This document shows positions 1 through 9,737 of a DNA stretch of 64,000 nt, in pieces. A model generated the notes under the pieces. That model was given only the letters and a program-made list of their open reading frames with translations, had not been told where the DNA came from and ran no database searches. Each line of letters begins with the position of its first letter. The stretch's first letter is position 1. The position numbers and the translations under genes are program-made. This DNA comes from an uncultured bacterium (lineage in GTDB: Bacteria > Acidobacteriota > Thermoanaerobaculia > Multivoradales > JAHZIX01): the NCBI GenBank assembly GCA_965368975.1, contig CBDUPA010000015.1:32001-96000 (forward strand), written 5' to 3'.

Positions 1-235
1 GAACCTCCTTTGAGTGGCTAGGCCCGGTTCGGTGCGCTAACACCGGATCGGGCCGCCTGGTTGATCGGATGGCCGAATCTCAAGCCTCGAGGGCAGGGAC
101 TGGGCCAGTCTGGCCCACCAGTACCTCGGGCCACGGCGAAAGGTCAACCAAGACAGCTGCAAGCAGAGCAGGGCACGGCAGTCAGCTGCATGAAATTAGA
201 TGCCAGCAGGCCCCGATGGAGGCCCGCACCACGGC

Positions 236-264
236 TTGACACACAATTGATGAGTGCCTACAAT
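236..264 (+). promoter_or_regulatory. sigma70-like promoter pointing into the 3' end of tRNA-Thr (antisense to it)
   Basis: TTGACA (236-241), 17-bp spacer, TACAAT (259-264), in an AT-rich patch. Confidence 0.6.
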
Positions 265-295
265 AGTCTAAGTATTGGAAATAAAGAGGTTGGAC

Positions 296-370
296 TGGAG
301 CCGACGACCGGGTTTGAACCGGTGACCTGCTGATTACGAATCAGCTGCTCTACCACTGAGCTACGTCGGC
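296..370 (-). tRNA. tRNA-Thr (anticodon CGT)
   Basis: The reverse complement GCCGACGTAGCTCAGTGGTAGAGCAGCTGATTCGTAATCAGCAGGTCACCGGTTCAAACCCGGTCGTCGGCTCCA forms a cloverleaf with anticodon arm CTGAT-TCGTAA-TCAG, GGTTCAAA T-loop and encoded CCA. Confidence 0.97.
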
Positions 371-467
371 CCGCGGAGAGATGGAAGTCTAGGCGAAGGA
401 GGCGGCCGGTGCAAGATCTTTGGGGGGATCGATTGCGGATCGGCCGATCTCACGTGTGATGTGCTGG

Positions 468-962
468 CTATTCCGGAGCGGGACCACCGCCCATCAAGGT
501 CATCGGGTTGATGTCGGTGTTCCAGGTTTCGACGACGATCTTGAGCTTTCCGTCGGCATCGCGCTTGTAGATGGTGATGTACTTGCCGGTGTCGTCGACG
601 TTGCCCATCCCCGGGACGTCAAGGTTGATCTGGAAGGAGCCGACCTCGATCACGTTGTCGCCGGCTTGCCAGACCTCGGTGGGGGTGTTCGAGAAGGAAT
701 TGATCTTCATGCCACTGGCGGATCGAGCTTCGTTGGCCGCCTTGAAGGCTTCGATACCATCCATGCGGGGCTCGAAGTTGGGCAATGAAATGGCGTCTTC
801 GGCGTAGAAGCCGAGCATGGCGTCGAAGTCGTTGCTGATCATGGTTTCGGCGAGGGCGTCGCCGATGGCTTTGACCTCTTGCTGGAGGTCGTCGTTGACC
901 TGGGCACCGAGAGGCAGGCAGAGCAGCAGGGCGCCGACGAGAACGCTATGAAGTGCACGCAT
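468..962 (-). CDS. Secreted NTF2-like / DUF4440 (YybH-type) protein
   Basis: AAGGAG RBS before the ATG at 962; signal peptide MRALHSVLVGALLLCLPLGA; motifs FYAEDAISLP and GKYITIYKRDADGKLKIVVETWN. Confidence 0.8.
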   Translation of the reverse strand: MRALHSVLVGALLLCLPLGAQVNDDLQQEVKAIGDALAETMISNDFDAMLGFYAEDAISLPNFEPRMDGIEAFKAANEARSASGMKINSFSNTPTEVWQAGDNVIEVGSFQINLDVPGMGNVDDTGKYITIYKRDADGKLKIVVETWNTDINPMTLMGGGPAPE

Positions 963-1038
963 TTCTGATTCTCCTTTGAAGGTGAGTCTCCCGCTGGGCA
1001 AGCATAGTCGCTCTCGGGATCCTGGGCAAATAGCCTGG

Positions 1039-2847
1039 TCAGAAGCGATTCAGGGGAATCTCGTTGATCCAGTGGAAGCCGCGGTAGACCAAGAATTCGT
1101 CGAGGTCGCGACGCCGCAGGTGGACTTCGAGCTGGCGGCCGCCGCGCTCTCCTACCAGGCGTAGCTGGTCGTCGGACGGTTGATCGAGGGTGAAGGTAGC
1201 GGCGGAGGTCAGCTCGATTTGACGGATGTCTCGACCCACACCGACGGTCTCGAAGGCGAGCTGGTAGGTCTCGCGCACGCCATCAGGGTACTCGACGGTA
1301 GCATGGTCGGCCGCGAGTTCGAGCACGACCCAGCCGGAGGGGGCGGAGCGGCGTCGGGGCGTGTACGTGTCTCCGATGATGTCGAAGGCGGCAACTTGCC
1401 AGCGGCCATGGACTTCGCTGGGGAGCGGGGGCACCACATCGGTGTTCTCTGCTGTGCTCTCTTGGATTGGGCTCTCTTGGATTGGGCCTTCTTGCGACCT
1501 GCTCTCCTGTAGGCTGTCCGCGACGCGTTGGAGCCGGATCTCGACTTGTGGAGCCCGTGGGGTGGCGAGATTGTCGTCGCTGGTGGCGGCCCACGGTTGG
1601 TTCTTGTGGATACGCTGGAACTCACCGCGCAGGCGTAGCATGTCCGTGTCGATTTGTTCGAAGGTCCAGGTGGCCCTCGAACGTAGGCTGACGGTGCCGG
1701 CCTCGGCATCGTGCTCGAAGCCGAGGTTCCAGCGGATGTCGTCCATGCCACGCACGACAGCGAAGGTGCTGCGCTCGATGATCAAGTTGTGCCAGCGAAC
1801 GGGATTGCTGCGCAGCGGCGGGAGTTCCTGTCCGTCGAGGCGGAAGCTCTCGACGTCCCAGATTCCCCAGAGTTCGGGACGCTGACGCTGGCTCTCGAAG
1901 CTCCTGGCACCGCTCGAAATCATGGTGAAGAGCAGGTAGACGAGGACCAGGCCTTTGACAACGTAGATCCATTTCGGCACACGCGGGTAGCTGATGTCAC
2001 GACGCTGGGTTGGCCGGTTGAGCAGCAGGGTCCGGGTCAGCCGGCCGGCGTCCGGCAGGGTGAGGCAGACGGCGAAGAGCAGCAGGTGCGAGGAGTAGAG
2101 CTTGACCGGCACGTCATACATGAAGTTGAGCGCCACGACGTTGGTCATCACACCGATGGCCGCAAGGGCGCCGAGGGTGGCCGTGCGGCGCAGGAGCAGC
2201 AGGAGGCCCGCGAGGACTTCACCGGCACCAGCGAAGATGACGTAGGGCACGGACGCGCCCATGAAGGTCCACAGCACGTTCATGGGAGAGCTGTCGCCGA
2301 AGGGTGCGAGCAGACGCGACAGCATGGGCAGCGGGAACTGGTTGGGGAAGACTTTGGCGAAGCCGTAGCTGAGCAGGGTCATGGCCAGACAGTAACGAAC
2401 ACCGATGTGCAACCAAGCGGCTAGCTTGGCCTCGACGTGAGACTTGGTTGCGCGCCTCTTGGAAAGAAGGATCTTCTCGAGCCCCAACCAAACGAGGGCA
2501 ACAAGCAGAGCCAGGACCACGTACAGAACCAGCCGGACGTAGCTGTGCGTCGGGTCGCCACTTCCCCACGGGCGGTCTAGGGGTTCGAAGATGCTAAAGA
2601 GGTGCACGGCGAGCATGTCGACAGCCCACCATTCGAAGTCGCGAGCCCAGCCGAACCAGCCACTGACCATGGGAATGTAGTTCAGCGGAAAGGGAAAGGT
2701 GTAGAGCACAACGTAGACGGCGGCGAAGCGCAGAGCCAGGCGCTGGATCGGAGGCCAAGCGGGTGCAGCAGGGTCCGGAGTTGCTCGCTCGGGTGTCTCG
2801 AGCTCGGTCGAGCTATCGGCGGTTCGCGGCGTCGGATCATCGGACAT
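1039..2847 (-). CDS. DoxX-like integral membrane protein with extended, apparently duplicated C-terminal beta domain
   Basis: GGAGGAG RBS before the ATG at 2847; multiple TM helices; YGFAKVFPNQF, SPMNVLWTFMGAS and LNFMYDVPVKLYS motifs. Confidence 0.7.
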   Translation of the reverse strand: MSDDPTPRTADSSTELETPERATPDPAAPAWPPIQRLALRFAAVYVVLYTFPFPLNYIPMVSGWFGWARDFEWWAVDMLAVHLFSIFEPLDRPWGSGDPTHSYVRLVLYVVLALLVALVWLGLEKILLSKRRATKSHVEAKLAAWLHIGVRYCLAMTLLSYGFAKVFPNQFPLPMLSRLLAPFGDSSPMNVLWTFMGASVPYVIFAGAGEVLAGLLLLLRRTATLGALAAIGVMTNVVALNFMYDVPVKLYSSHLLLFAVCLTLPDAGRLTRTLLLNRPTQRRDISYPRVPKWIYVVKGLVLVYLLFTMISSGARSFESQRQRPELWGIWDVESFRLDGQELPPLRSNPVRWHNLIIERSTFAVVRGMDDIRWNLGFEHDAEAGTVSLRSRATWTFEQIDTDMLRLRGEFQRIHKNQPWAATSDDNLATPRAPQVEIRLQRVADSLQESRSQEGPIQESPIQESTAENTDVVPPLPSEVHGRWQVAAFDIIGDTYTPRRRSAPSGWVVLELAADHATVEYPDGVRETYQLAFETVGVGRDIRQIELTSAATFTLDQPSDDQLRLVGERGGRQLEVHLRRRDLDEFLVYRGFHWINEIPLNRF

Positions 2848-3135
2848 GTCACTCCTCCACTTCCCGCACGGGTCCATGCGGACGCCCGCGGGTGTCGTTC
2901 CTGCTGCGTGGTCGAACTCAAGGTCGTGTGCGTCGAGTCTATCGCTGGTGCTGGACCTCAGCTACGAGAACGAGGGTGAGACGTTGCAGTGGAGCGAGTG
3001 GACGACGGGGAGTAGGTCGAACTGCCAAGGGTAGGAGGCCGGCGGCACCTTGCGAGAGGCACCGCCGGCACGGGGGACTGAGGAGAGGAGGTAGGGAGGA
3101 GGAGGAAGTGAGGAGGGTACGTCTTTCGGACTCGG

Positions 3136-5124
3136 TTATTGGCGACAGTCGCGAGGGTTGCGGCTGGCGCGGGTGCTGTCACAGCCACCGTCGAGCTGAC
3201 GGTAATAGAGACTGTTGCCGACGGTGCCAGCGAACAATCGTGCTCCATCGTCGGATCGGTCGAGCATCAGGGCGACGACCGGCAAGCTCAGGGAGCGTAG
3301 GTAGTTATCGCCGAAGAACTGCCAGCTGTTACCGCCGTTGGTGCTGCGGTAGACGCCGGCGGGAGTCGCCGCATAGAGGGTGTCGGGATCTGCGGGGTCG
3401 AGCACCAGCGCGTAGAGGGTCGGGGTTGGCAAGCCGCTGTTGCTGGCCGTCAGGGTGACACCACCGTCGGTGCTCTTGAGCACGCCGAGGTCGGTGCTGG
3501 CGACATAGACCCGGTTCGTGTCGGTCGGGTGGAAGGCGATGTCGGATACGTGGGGCGTTTTCTGTTGGGAGGACCAGATGAGCACCGGGTCCCAAGTGAC
3601 GCCACCATCGGAGCTGCGCTCGAGGCCATCGCCGCCGACGAAGAGAATCGAAGAGTCGCTGGGGGCGATGCGCACCAGGTTGTTGCCGTTGCCCTGTCCG
3701 GCACCGTTCACGAGCTGCCAAGTTGCTCCACTATCGTCGCTGCGCACGGCCCAGGGCTGCAGGTTGAACTGGGCGTTGAGCACGAAACCGGCGGCATATA
3801 CCGTTTGCGGGGTCTTGGGATCGACTTCCAGGTCCCAGACCACGGCACCGCCGTTGATGCCGCTGCCGGTCGACCAGGAGGCACCGCCGTCGGTGGACCG
3901 GTGTATGCGTCCGATCGAGCCGACGTAGAGCAGGTTGGAATCCACTGGATCGAACGCCAGCGCCACGGTGTCGCCTGCCGAGGGCTCGCCGAGTTCGCTC
4001 CAGCGGACTCCGTCGTCGGCGCTGCGCCAGAGCCGGTCGGCAGCGAGGGCGAAGAGGGTGCCGTCAGGATGCTGAAAGAGGCGTGGCACGATCTGGGCGC
4101 GCAGCGCGCGGTTGGCGTCTTGCCACACGGCACCATCGGGGCTGCGCAGCACGCCCTGGGTGGTGGCGGCGAAGGCACGGTCGAGTCCGCCGGGGCCGTC
4201 CGTGAAGGTCACCGCCAAGACGTCACCGTCGGGCTCGAGCGCCTGCGTCCAGGTGGCGCCGCCGTCGAGGCTTTGGAAGATTCCGCGATTCGAGGCGCCG
4301 GCCAGGAAACGCGCTGGCTGCAGCGGGTCGATCACCAGGTTGCTGATGGGCGCTGGCACGGTGCCTACGGTTTCCCAGCTGGTGCCGCGGTTGCTGCCAC
4401 GCAGGACCATGCCACCGAAGCCGTTGGCGTAGAAGACGCTCGGATCGCTCGGATGCGGCACGACACGACCGTTGCGGATACCACTGTCGTTGGTGCGCTG
4501 CTGCCAACTGGCCCCGCCATCGACGCTGAGGTAAACGGCGCGGCGACCCTGCGGATCCGCACAGCCGACGCCGAGCAACTCGTCGCTCGCGGCGGGCGAG
4601 ACCACGATGCCGCAGATTTTTGCACCGCTGTTGTCGTAGACCTGCGTCCAGGTGTCACCCGCGTCGAAACTCGTCCAGACGCCGTTGGCCTGTGCCAGAG
4701 CGAGACGATCTCCTTGCGTCGGGTGGACGGAGAGGCGCTGCTTCTCACTGGTGCTCTGCGGCGCTCCGGGATGGATGTCGCTCCAGTGCAAGCCGCGGTC
4801 GTCGCTGCGCCAGAGCCGCCCATCAGAGGCTTCGGCATACAGGCGTTTGGCGTCGGCAGCATCGACCCACAGGGCACGTAGATGACCGTCCCGGAAGGTG
4901 CCGCTCTGGCGCCAGGTCTTGCCGCTGTTTGGGCTGATGAAGACGTAGAAGTCACCTGCCGCGTAGAGCTGGTTCCCGTCAGACGGGCTCGCGGCCAACA
5001 ACCGCAGCGCACCGCCATCGGGGCCCGCTCCTCTCCAAACGCCTGCCTCTACCACGGCGGGCAGTAACAGGAGCGTCAACCCAACCAGGGCACGTAGGAT
5101 TTCTCCGGCTTGTAGTCGTCGCAT
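3136..5124 (-). CDS. Secreted BNR/Asp-box repeat beta-propeller (VPS10/sialidase-like) protein
   Basis: Signal peptide; many SxDxGxTW Asp-box repeats (SDDRGLHW, SVDGGASW, SLDGGATW, STDGGASW, STNGGNSW). Confidence 0.85.
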   Translation of the reverse strand: MRRLQAGEILRALVGLTLLLLPAVVEAGVWRGAGPDGGALRLLAASPSDGNQLYAAGDFYVFISPNSGKTWRQSGTFRDGHLRALWVDAADAKRLYAEASDGRLWRSDDRGLHWSDIHPGAPQSTSEKQRLSVHPTQGDRLALAQANGVWTSFDAGDTWTQVYDNSGAKICGIVVSPAASDELLGVGCADPQGRRAVYLSVDGGASWQQRTNDSGIRNGRVVPHPSDPSVFYANGFGGMVLRGSNRGTSWETVGTVPAPISNLVIDPLQPARFLAGASNRGIFQSLDGGATWTQALEPDGDVLAVTFTDGPGGLDRAFAATTQGVLRSPDGAVWQDANRALRAQIVPRLFQHPDGTLFALAADRLWRSADDGVRWSELGEPSAGDTVALAFDPVDSNLLYVGSIGRIHRSTDGGASWSTGSGINGGAVVWDLEVDPKTPQTVYAAGFVLNAQFNLQPWAVRSDDSGATWQLVNGAGQGNGNNLVRIAPSDSSILFVGGDGLERSSDGGVTWDPVLIWSSQQKTPHVSDIAFHPTDTNRVYVASTDLGVLKSTDGGVTLTASNSGLPTPTLYALVLDPADPDTLYAATPAGVYRSTNGGNSWQFFGDNYLRSLSLPVVALMLDRSDDGARLFAGTVGNSLYYRQLDGGCDSTRASRNPRDCRQ

Positions 5125-5443
5125 CTCGGCTTCTCCTTCGGAGCCCTATAGGCTCACAGCATGAGCTTTCGGAAAGATCTGTCTATTTCTCAAGGGCCAC
5201 TAGCCAGCAATCGTGGACCGCTGCGTCAATGTTAATGCTGTTATAGCATACAGAATCCCCCATGGGAAGCCCCCTCCACCATGATCTTCGACAAGGGCAA
5301 GCTACGGTATTGCCGAACCACCACCTCGACTCAACTAGTAACGGGGCACGCAGCGCCGAGCGGCTGCCGCTCGCTGAACCGAACGTGAGCCGCTCCGGTG
5401 ACGGGTCAGCTGCGCCGCTCTCCCGGCTGACGGAACTCTCGGC

Positions 5444-8164
5444 CTACAGCACCCGGCACAGATGGCCACCGACGTAGGCACCCAACGCCCGGTAGGCTTC
5501 GAATTGCGCGTCGTTGAACTGCTGATCCACGGTGCCCTGGTGCGGAAAAGCTGGGAAGAGCTGACGGAAGGAGAGCACCTGCACCGGCACGCGTTCGGAG
5601 ACCTCCTGTGCGTCGTCGCAGTCTTCCTCTAGCTGCGCGGCGAGCGCTTGCGGAACAGACGCCTTGACGTACACCAAACGGCCTTCGCTCGCCTCCTGGT
5701 GCTCGGTTCTCGGATAGTAGATCCGCCCTTCGACGACGCCCCGCTCATTGAGCAGGCCGAAGCCGTCGGCCTCACAGCGGCGGCGGATCGGTGTCAGGTC
5801 GATGTCAATGCGGATGTTCTGTTCAACGAAGGCCATGCGCAGCGCGTTGTTGAAAGACTTGAAGGCGTAGTCTTCATCGGCCTCGGCGTCACACACCACC
5901 ACCAGAGAGCAGCGACGGTCGAGCAAGGGCATGAGACCCAAGTTGTCGCCGGTGTGACCGCCGTCGGACAGGTTCACGAGACGCTCGCGGGCGCTGGCCA
6001 GGCCGAACATTTCGAGCAGGAAGTACCAGGTCCACGACGTCAGGGGTTTTTCCGGCTGACCGCCATTGCGGTAGTACCACGGGTTCTCCATCCAGTACCC
6101 CAGACGGGCGTTGAACAGCGTGGTGAAGAACGCCTGCGCCAGGAAGCTGTGGCGCCCGACCGCCGAGCCGACGGCGGCGGCGGAGATGGTCATGGCGCGC
6201 GCCAGCTTGGTCTCTCCACGTCGGTAGTCGCGAGTGCGCACGTAGCCAGTGACGCGCGAGCCCACGTAGTCCCGGGTGAACAAGAAGTGCTCAGACAGGA
6301 AGGTCTTGCGGTTGAGTTCGTCGGAGCCGCGCAAGTTGAGCGCCGCAACGATCAGGTGGTAGGGGCCACGGTGACCGTCACCGAGCTGGCTCAGCTTGAG
6401 CTCGGTGTCGTCGCGCAGCACGCGCAGCGGCATGCCCTGGTGGTCCCGCTCGCGATCACGCCGAAAACGAGCGTAGGTGCGCAGGTAGGCCTCGCTCAGG
6501 CGGTCTCGGTAGAAGTAGTGCAAGGAGACGCGGTTGGGGTCGATCAGGTTGCTGAAGAAGAAGAAACTGCCGAGAGTCGCGAAGGCGATGCCGACCAGCC
6601 ACCATTCAAGTTCACTGTGCCCCAGTGTCTCGACGAGCCTCGAGGACGTAGCGGCGAAGAGCAGGGTCAGGAACAGCACCATGCCGAGGGTGGCGATCCA
6701 GTGCAACTGCTGGGTCGATAGGCGCCGCCGCACCGGCGAGTCGCTCGCCTGGCGCGAAGCACGATAGCCGACGATCAGGAAGATGACCGCCAGGAACGAG
6801 ATTGGCATCTCGCCAAGGGCCAGCAGCACGACCAGCAGTGGCGGCGTCACCAGAGCCAGGAGCACGCCCAAGGTGGCGGCACCCTGCAAGCTACCGAACA
6901 GCGAGCGCCGCAGACGTCCTTGACGGTCGGGACGCAGCTCGCGGAAAGACTCCTCGATCTGCGTCCACAGATGGGTCAACAACAAGCCCCCGAGCGCGAA
7001 GGCCGCCGGCAGCCACACGCCGGCCAGGAAATGCTCCCGGCCCACAGTGCCGACCTGAAACACACCCAGGGCCACCGCCAGCGCCACGGCCAGGGCCAGC
7101 GACCAGAAATTGAAGGCACGCACGAAGCGTGCCTCGTGTTCGTCCTCGCCGGTCCAGCCCGAACGCGTCACCTTCGGCGGACGGTAGGCGTCGAGTCCCT
7201 GCAGGCGCAGACAGCGCGGCACCGCGAAGGCAAGCCACAGGGCACACCACAGGGCCCCGACCGCCGCCGCCGCGCCCAGCCAGCGAAGGTCGACCTGCAC
7301 GCTGTCTCGAATCAGTCGCATCGGTGTACCCACGTGCTGGTCGGCCCAGGCCGAGAGCGTGGTCAGCACGTAGTCCGGCAGCTGCAACAGCTCGCCATTC
7401 CAGGCGTCGGGGTTCACCGCCGCGGCGGCACGTTCAGGCAGCAGCTGGCGCAGGCCGGGGTCGAAGACACAGAGCAAGACGAGAATGATCGCCACGACAC
7501 CAACGAAGGAGAGGACGAAGAGGCCGGTGCTGTGCAACAAGCCAGCCGCCACCGAGCCGACCGCCCGCTGGACGTCGCGCGACAACGCTCGCCGCCGCGG
7601 CACCAAGTACTCACCGTGGGTGCGTAGGTGATGCATCTGGTGGCGCACGGACAACCGCGTCTTGCCCGCCGGCTTGTAACCATCTTCCTCATGCAAGCCA
7701 ACGAAGGGCGAAGATCCGGCAGCCAAACCGACATCTCCCTTGGTCCGAGAATCCTCGCCCTCGTCTTCCTGCGTCAACAAGGACGTCAGGCAACTACCGA
7801 TGAAGCCACCACCCGAGACCGTGCTGAGATAGTCGAAGCTCTGCAACCGGCTCCTGCCCGTCTCGGGATGCTCGTGCTGGACCAGCGCCTGCAGCACGCC
7901 TAGATTGAAGGTCGCGGAGCGTACGCCACCCCCAGACAGACACAGCCCTGCAGTCGCGGGTACCTCGTCGAGTCCCGGCAATCCATTGCGCAGCCGGCGC
8001 TGCCGCAGGTACCCGCGCTCGGCTGCCACAACATCGCGGAAGCGCAGAGTGAATCGGCTGTCGCCGGCAGCTTCCTCGGCGGCCTCCATGCCCTCGCGCC
8101 GGGACTTCGCCTTGACCTCCGTCGCTTCGGCCCGGATGCCATTCTTCACGCCACCATCATCCAT
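5444..8164 (-). CDS. Patatin/cPLA2-like phospholipase with central multi-TM insertion
   Basis: GLCLSGGGVRSA, YLSTVSGGG and LSDGGH motifs; GAGGAG RBS before the ATG at 8164. Confidence 0.8.
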   Translation of the reverse strand: MDDGGVKNGIRAEATEVKAKSRREGMEAAEEAAGDSRFTLRFRDVVAAERGYLRQRRLRNGLPGLDEVPATAGLCLSGGGVRSATFNLGVLQALVQHEHPETGRSRLQSFDYLSTVSGGGFIGSCLTSLLTQEDEGEDSRTKGDVGLAAGSSPFVGLHEEDGYKPAGKTRLSVRHQMHHLRTHGEYLVPRRRALSRDVQRAVGSVAAGLLHSTGLFVLSFVGVVAIILVLLCVFDPGLRQLLPERAAAAVNPDAWNGELLQLPDYVLTTLSAWADQHVGTPMRLIRDSVQVDLRWLGAAAAVGALWCALWLAFAVPRCLRLQGLDAYRPPKVTRSGWTGEDEHEARFVRAFNFWSLALAVALAVALGVFQVGTVGREHFLAGVWLPAAFALGGLLLTHLWTQIEESFRELRPDRQGRLRRSLFGSLQGAATLGVLLALVTPPLLVVLLALGEMPISFLAVIFLIVGYRASRQASDSPVRRRLSTQQLHWIATLGMVLFLTLLFAATSSRLVETLGHSELEWWLVGIAFATLGSFFFFSNLIDPNRVSLHYFYRDRLSEAYLRTYARFRRDRERDHQGMPLRVLRDDTELKLSQLGDGHRGPYHLIVAALNLRGSDELNRKTFLSEHFLFTRDYVGSRVTGYVRTRDYRRGETKLARAMTISAAAVGSAVGRHSFLAQAFFTTLFNARLGYWMENPWYYRNGGQPEKPLTSWTWYFLLEMFGLASARERLVNLSDGGHTGDNLGLMPLLDRRCSLVVVCDAEADEDYAFKSFNNALRMAFVEQNIRIDIDLTPIRRRCEADGFGLLNERGVVEGRIYYPRTEHQEASEGRLVYVKASVPQALAAQLEEDCDDAQEVSERVPVQVLSFRQLFPAFPHQGTVDQQFNDAQFEAYRALGAYVGGHLCRVL

Positions 8165-8306
8165 GGTCGCTCCTCGCACGTGTTCGCTTGGTTTCGGACT
8201 CTGTCGGTCATTACAACGCACTGGAACAGGACCGTCAAACGAGTGCGCTAAGATCTTGCTTCGGCGGCCCGTTTCGCTCTTTCTTGCAACTTCGAGGAGA
8301 CCCACC

Positions 8307-9716
8307 ATGCGCCACTTGACCTCCTGCCTCATCTCCTGCTGCACGGCGCTCCTGCTGTGCCTGCCACTGGCCCTCGAGGCCGGCGAGCGGAGCAGCTACT
8401 GGCCGCAATGCCGCGGCCCCGACGCCGACGGCGTAGCCTCGCATGCGGACCCACCGACCACTTGGAGCGAGGGCGAGAACGTGCGCCTCAAGGTCGCGAT
8501 CCCCGGCCGTGGTCAGTCGACCCCGGTGATCTGGGGCGATTCGATCTTCCTGCTCACCGCCATCCCGGTCGACGAGGCCGCCGCGGCAGCCTCAGAGCAA
8601 GCTGCGGCTGACAAGATGGCCAACCAACAGTGGCCACCAGCCGTCACGCCGGTGGAGCAGCGCTTCGTGGTGATGGCCCTGTCACGTCAAGACGGCAGCG
8701 TCCAGTGGCAACACACCGCCGTCCAGCAGGTGCCCGAGGGTCCCTACCATCTCGACGCGTCGTGGGCTTCGGCTTCGCCGGTCACCGATGGTGAACGCCT
8801 TTTCGCCTTCTTCGGCTCGCAAGGCCTCTTCGCCTATACCCTCGACGGCAAGCTCTTGTGGAGCCAGGATCTGGGCACCATGGAGACGCGCGCCGGCTTT
8901 GGCGAGGGTGCGTCACCGGCGCTGCACGATGGCGTCCTGGTAGTCAATTGGGACCATGAGAAGGACTCCTTCATCGTCGCCTTCGACGCCGCCACCGGCG
9001 AAGAACTCTGGCGCCAGCCGCGCCCCGAGGAACCGACCTCGTGGTCGACACCCTTGATCGTCGAAACAAAGGGCGGTGAAAGGGACGGCGAAGCGCAGGT
9101 CGTCGTCGCCGCTACCGGCGCCAGTCGCGGCTACGACCTGAAGACCGGTGCAGAGATCTGGCGCGCCAGCGGCATGACCCTCAACACCATCCCGACACCC
9201 CTCCACCGCAACGGTGTCGTCTACCTGACGTCCGGCTTCCGCGGCAACATGCTGCAAGCGGTTTCGCTGGCCCAGGCCAAGGGTGATGTCAGCGGCGGCG
9301 ACGCGATCCTGTGGAGTCACGATCGCGACACGCCCTACGTGCCGTCACCGGTGCTCTACGACGGTCATATCTACTTCCTCAAGCGCTTCGGCAACATCTT
9401 GTCGGTGCTCGACGCCAACACCGGTGAGTCCCGGCACCTGGGACGCCTGGAAGGCCTCGCCAACGTCTACGCCTCCCCCGTCGCCGCTGCCGGCAACATC
9501 TACTTCCTCAGCCGTGAAGGCAAGACCGCCGTCCTGCGCGCCGGCGCACCGCCAGAGTTGTTGGCCCTCAACGAGCTGGACGACGGCTTCGAAGCCTCAC
9601 CGGCAATCGCTGGTGACGAGCTGTACCTGCGAGGTAGGAAGTATCTGTATGTGATCAGCGAGTCGGAAACGGCAAAGCCGGGCCGCGAGACACGAGACGC
9701 GGCGACGGGGCGCTGA
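8307..9716 (+). CDS. Secreted PQQ-binding-like (BamB-type) beta-propeller protein
   Basis: GAGGAG RBS; signal peptide; WPQCRGP, STPVIWGD, AFDAATGEELW and ASPAIAGDELYLRG repeats. Confidence 0.85.
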   Translation: MRHLTSCLISCCTALLLCLPLALEAGERSSYWPQCRGPDADGVASHADPPTTWSEGENVRLKVAIPGRGQSTPVIWGDSIFLLTAIPVDEAAAAASEQAAADKMANQQWPPAVTPVEQRFVVMALSRQDGSVQWQHTAVQQVPEGPYHLDASWASASPVTDGERLFAFFGSQGLFAYTLDGKLLWSQDLGTMETRAGFGEGASPALHDGVLVVNWDHEKDSFIVAFDAATGEELWRQPRPEEPTSWSTPLIVETKGGERDGEAQVVVAATGASRGYDLKTGAEIWRASGMTLNTIPTPLHRNGVVYLTSGFRGNMLQAVSLAQAKGDVSGGDAILWSHDRDTPYVPSPVLYDGHIYFLKRFGNILSVLDANTGESRHLGRLEGLANVYASPVAAAGNIYFLSREGKTAVLRAGAPPELLALNELDDGFEASPAIAGDELYLRGRKYLYVISESETAKPGRETRDAATGR

Positions 9717-9737
9717 CCGGCTCCGGGGCGGTCGGTC

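Noticed and set aside
2846-3135. Small ORFs between the DoxX-like and BNR-repeat genes
   Set aside because: They have no RBS or motif support.
7905-8344. Apparent long head-to-head overlap between the patatin and PQQ-propeller ORFs
   Set aside because: This is an artefact of upstream start calls; the RBS-supported starts are 8164 (-) and 8307 (+).
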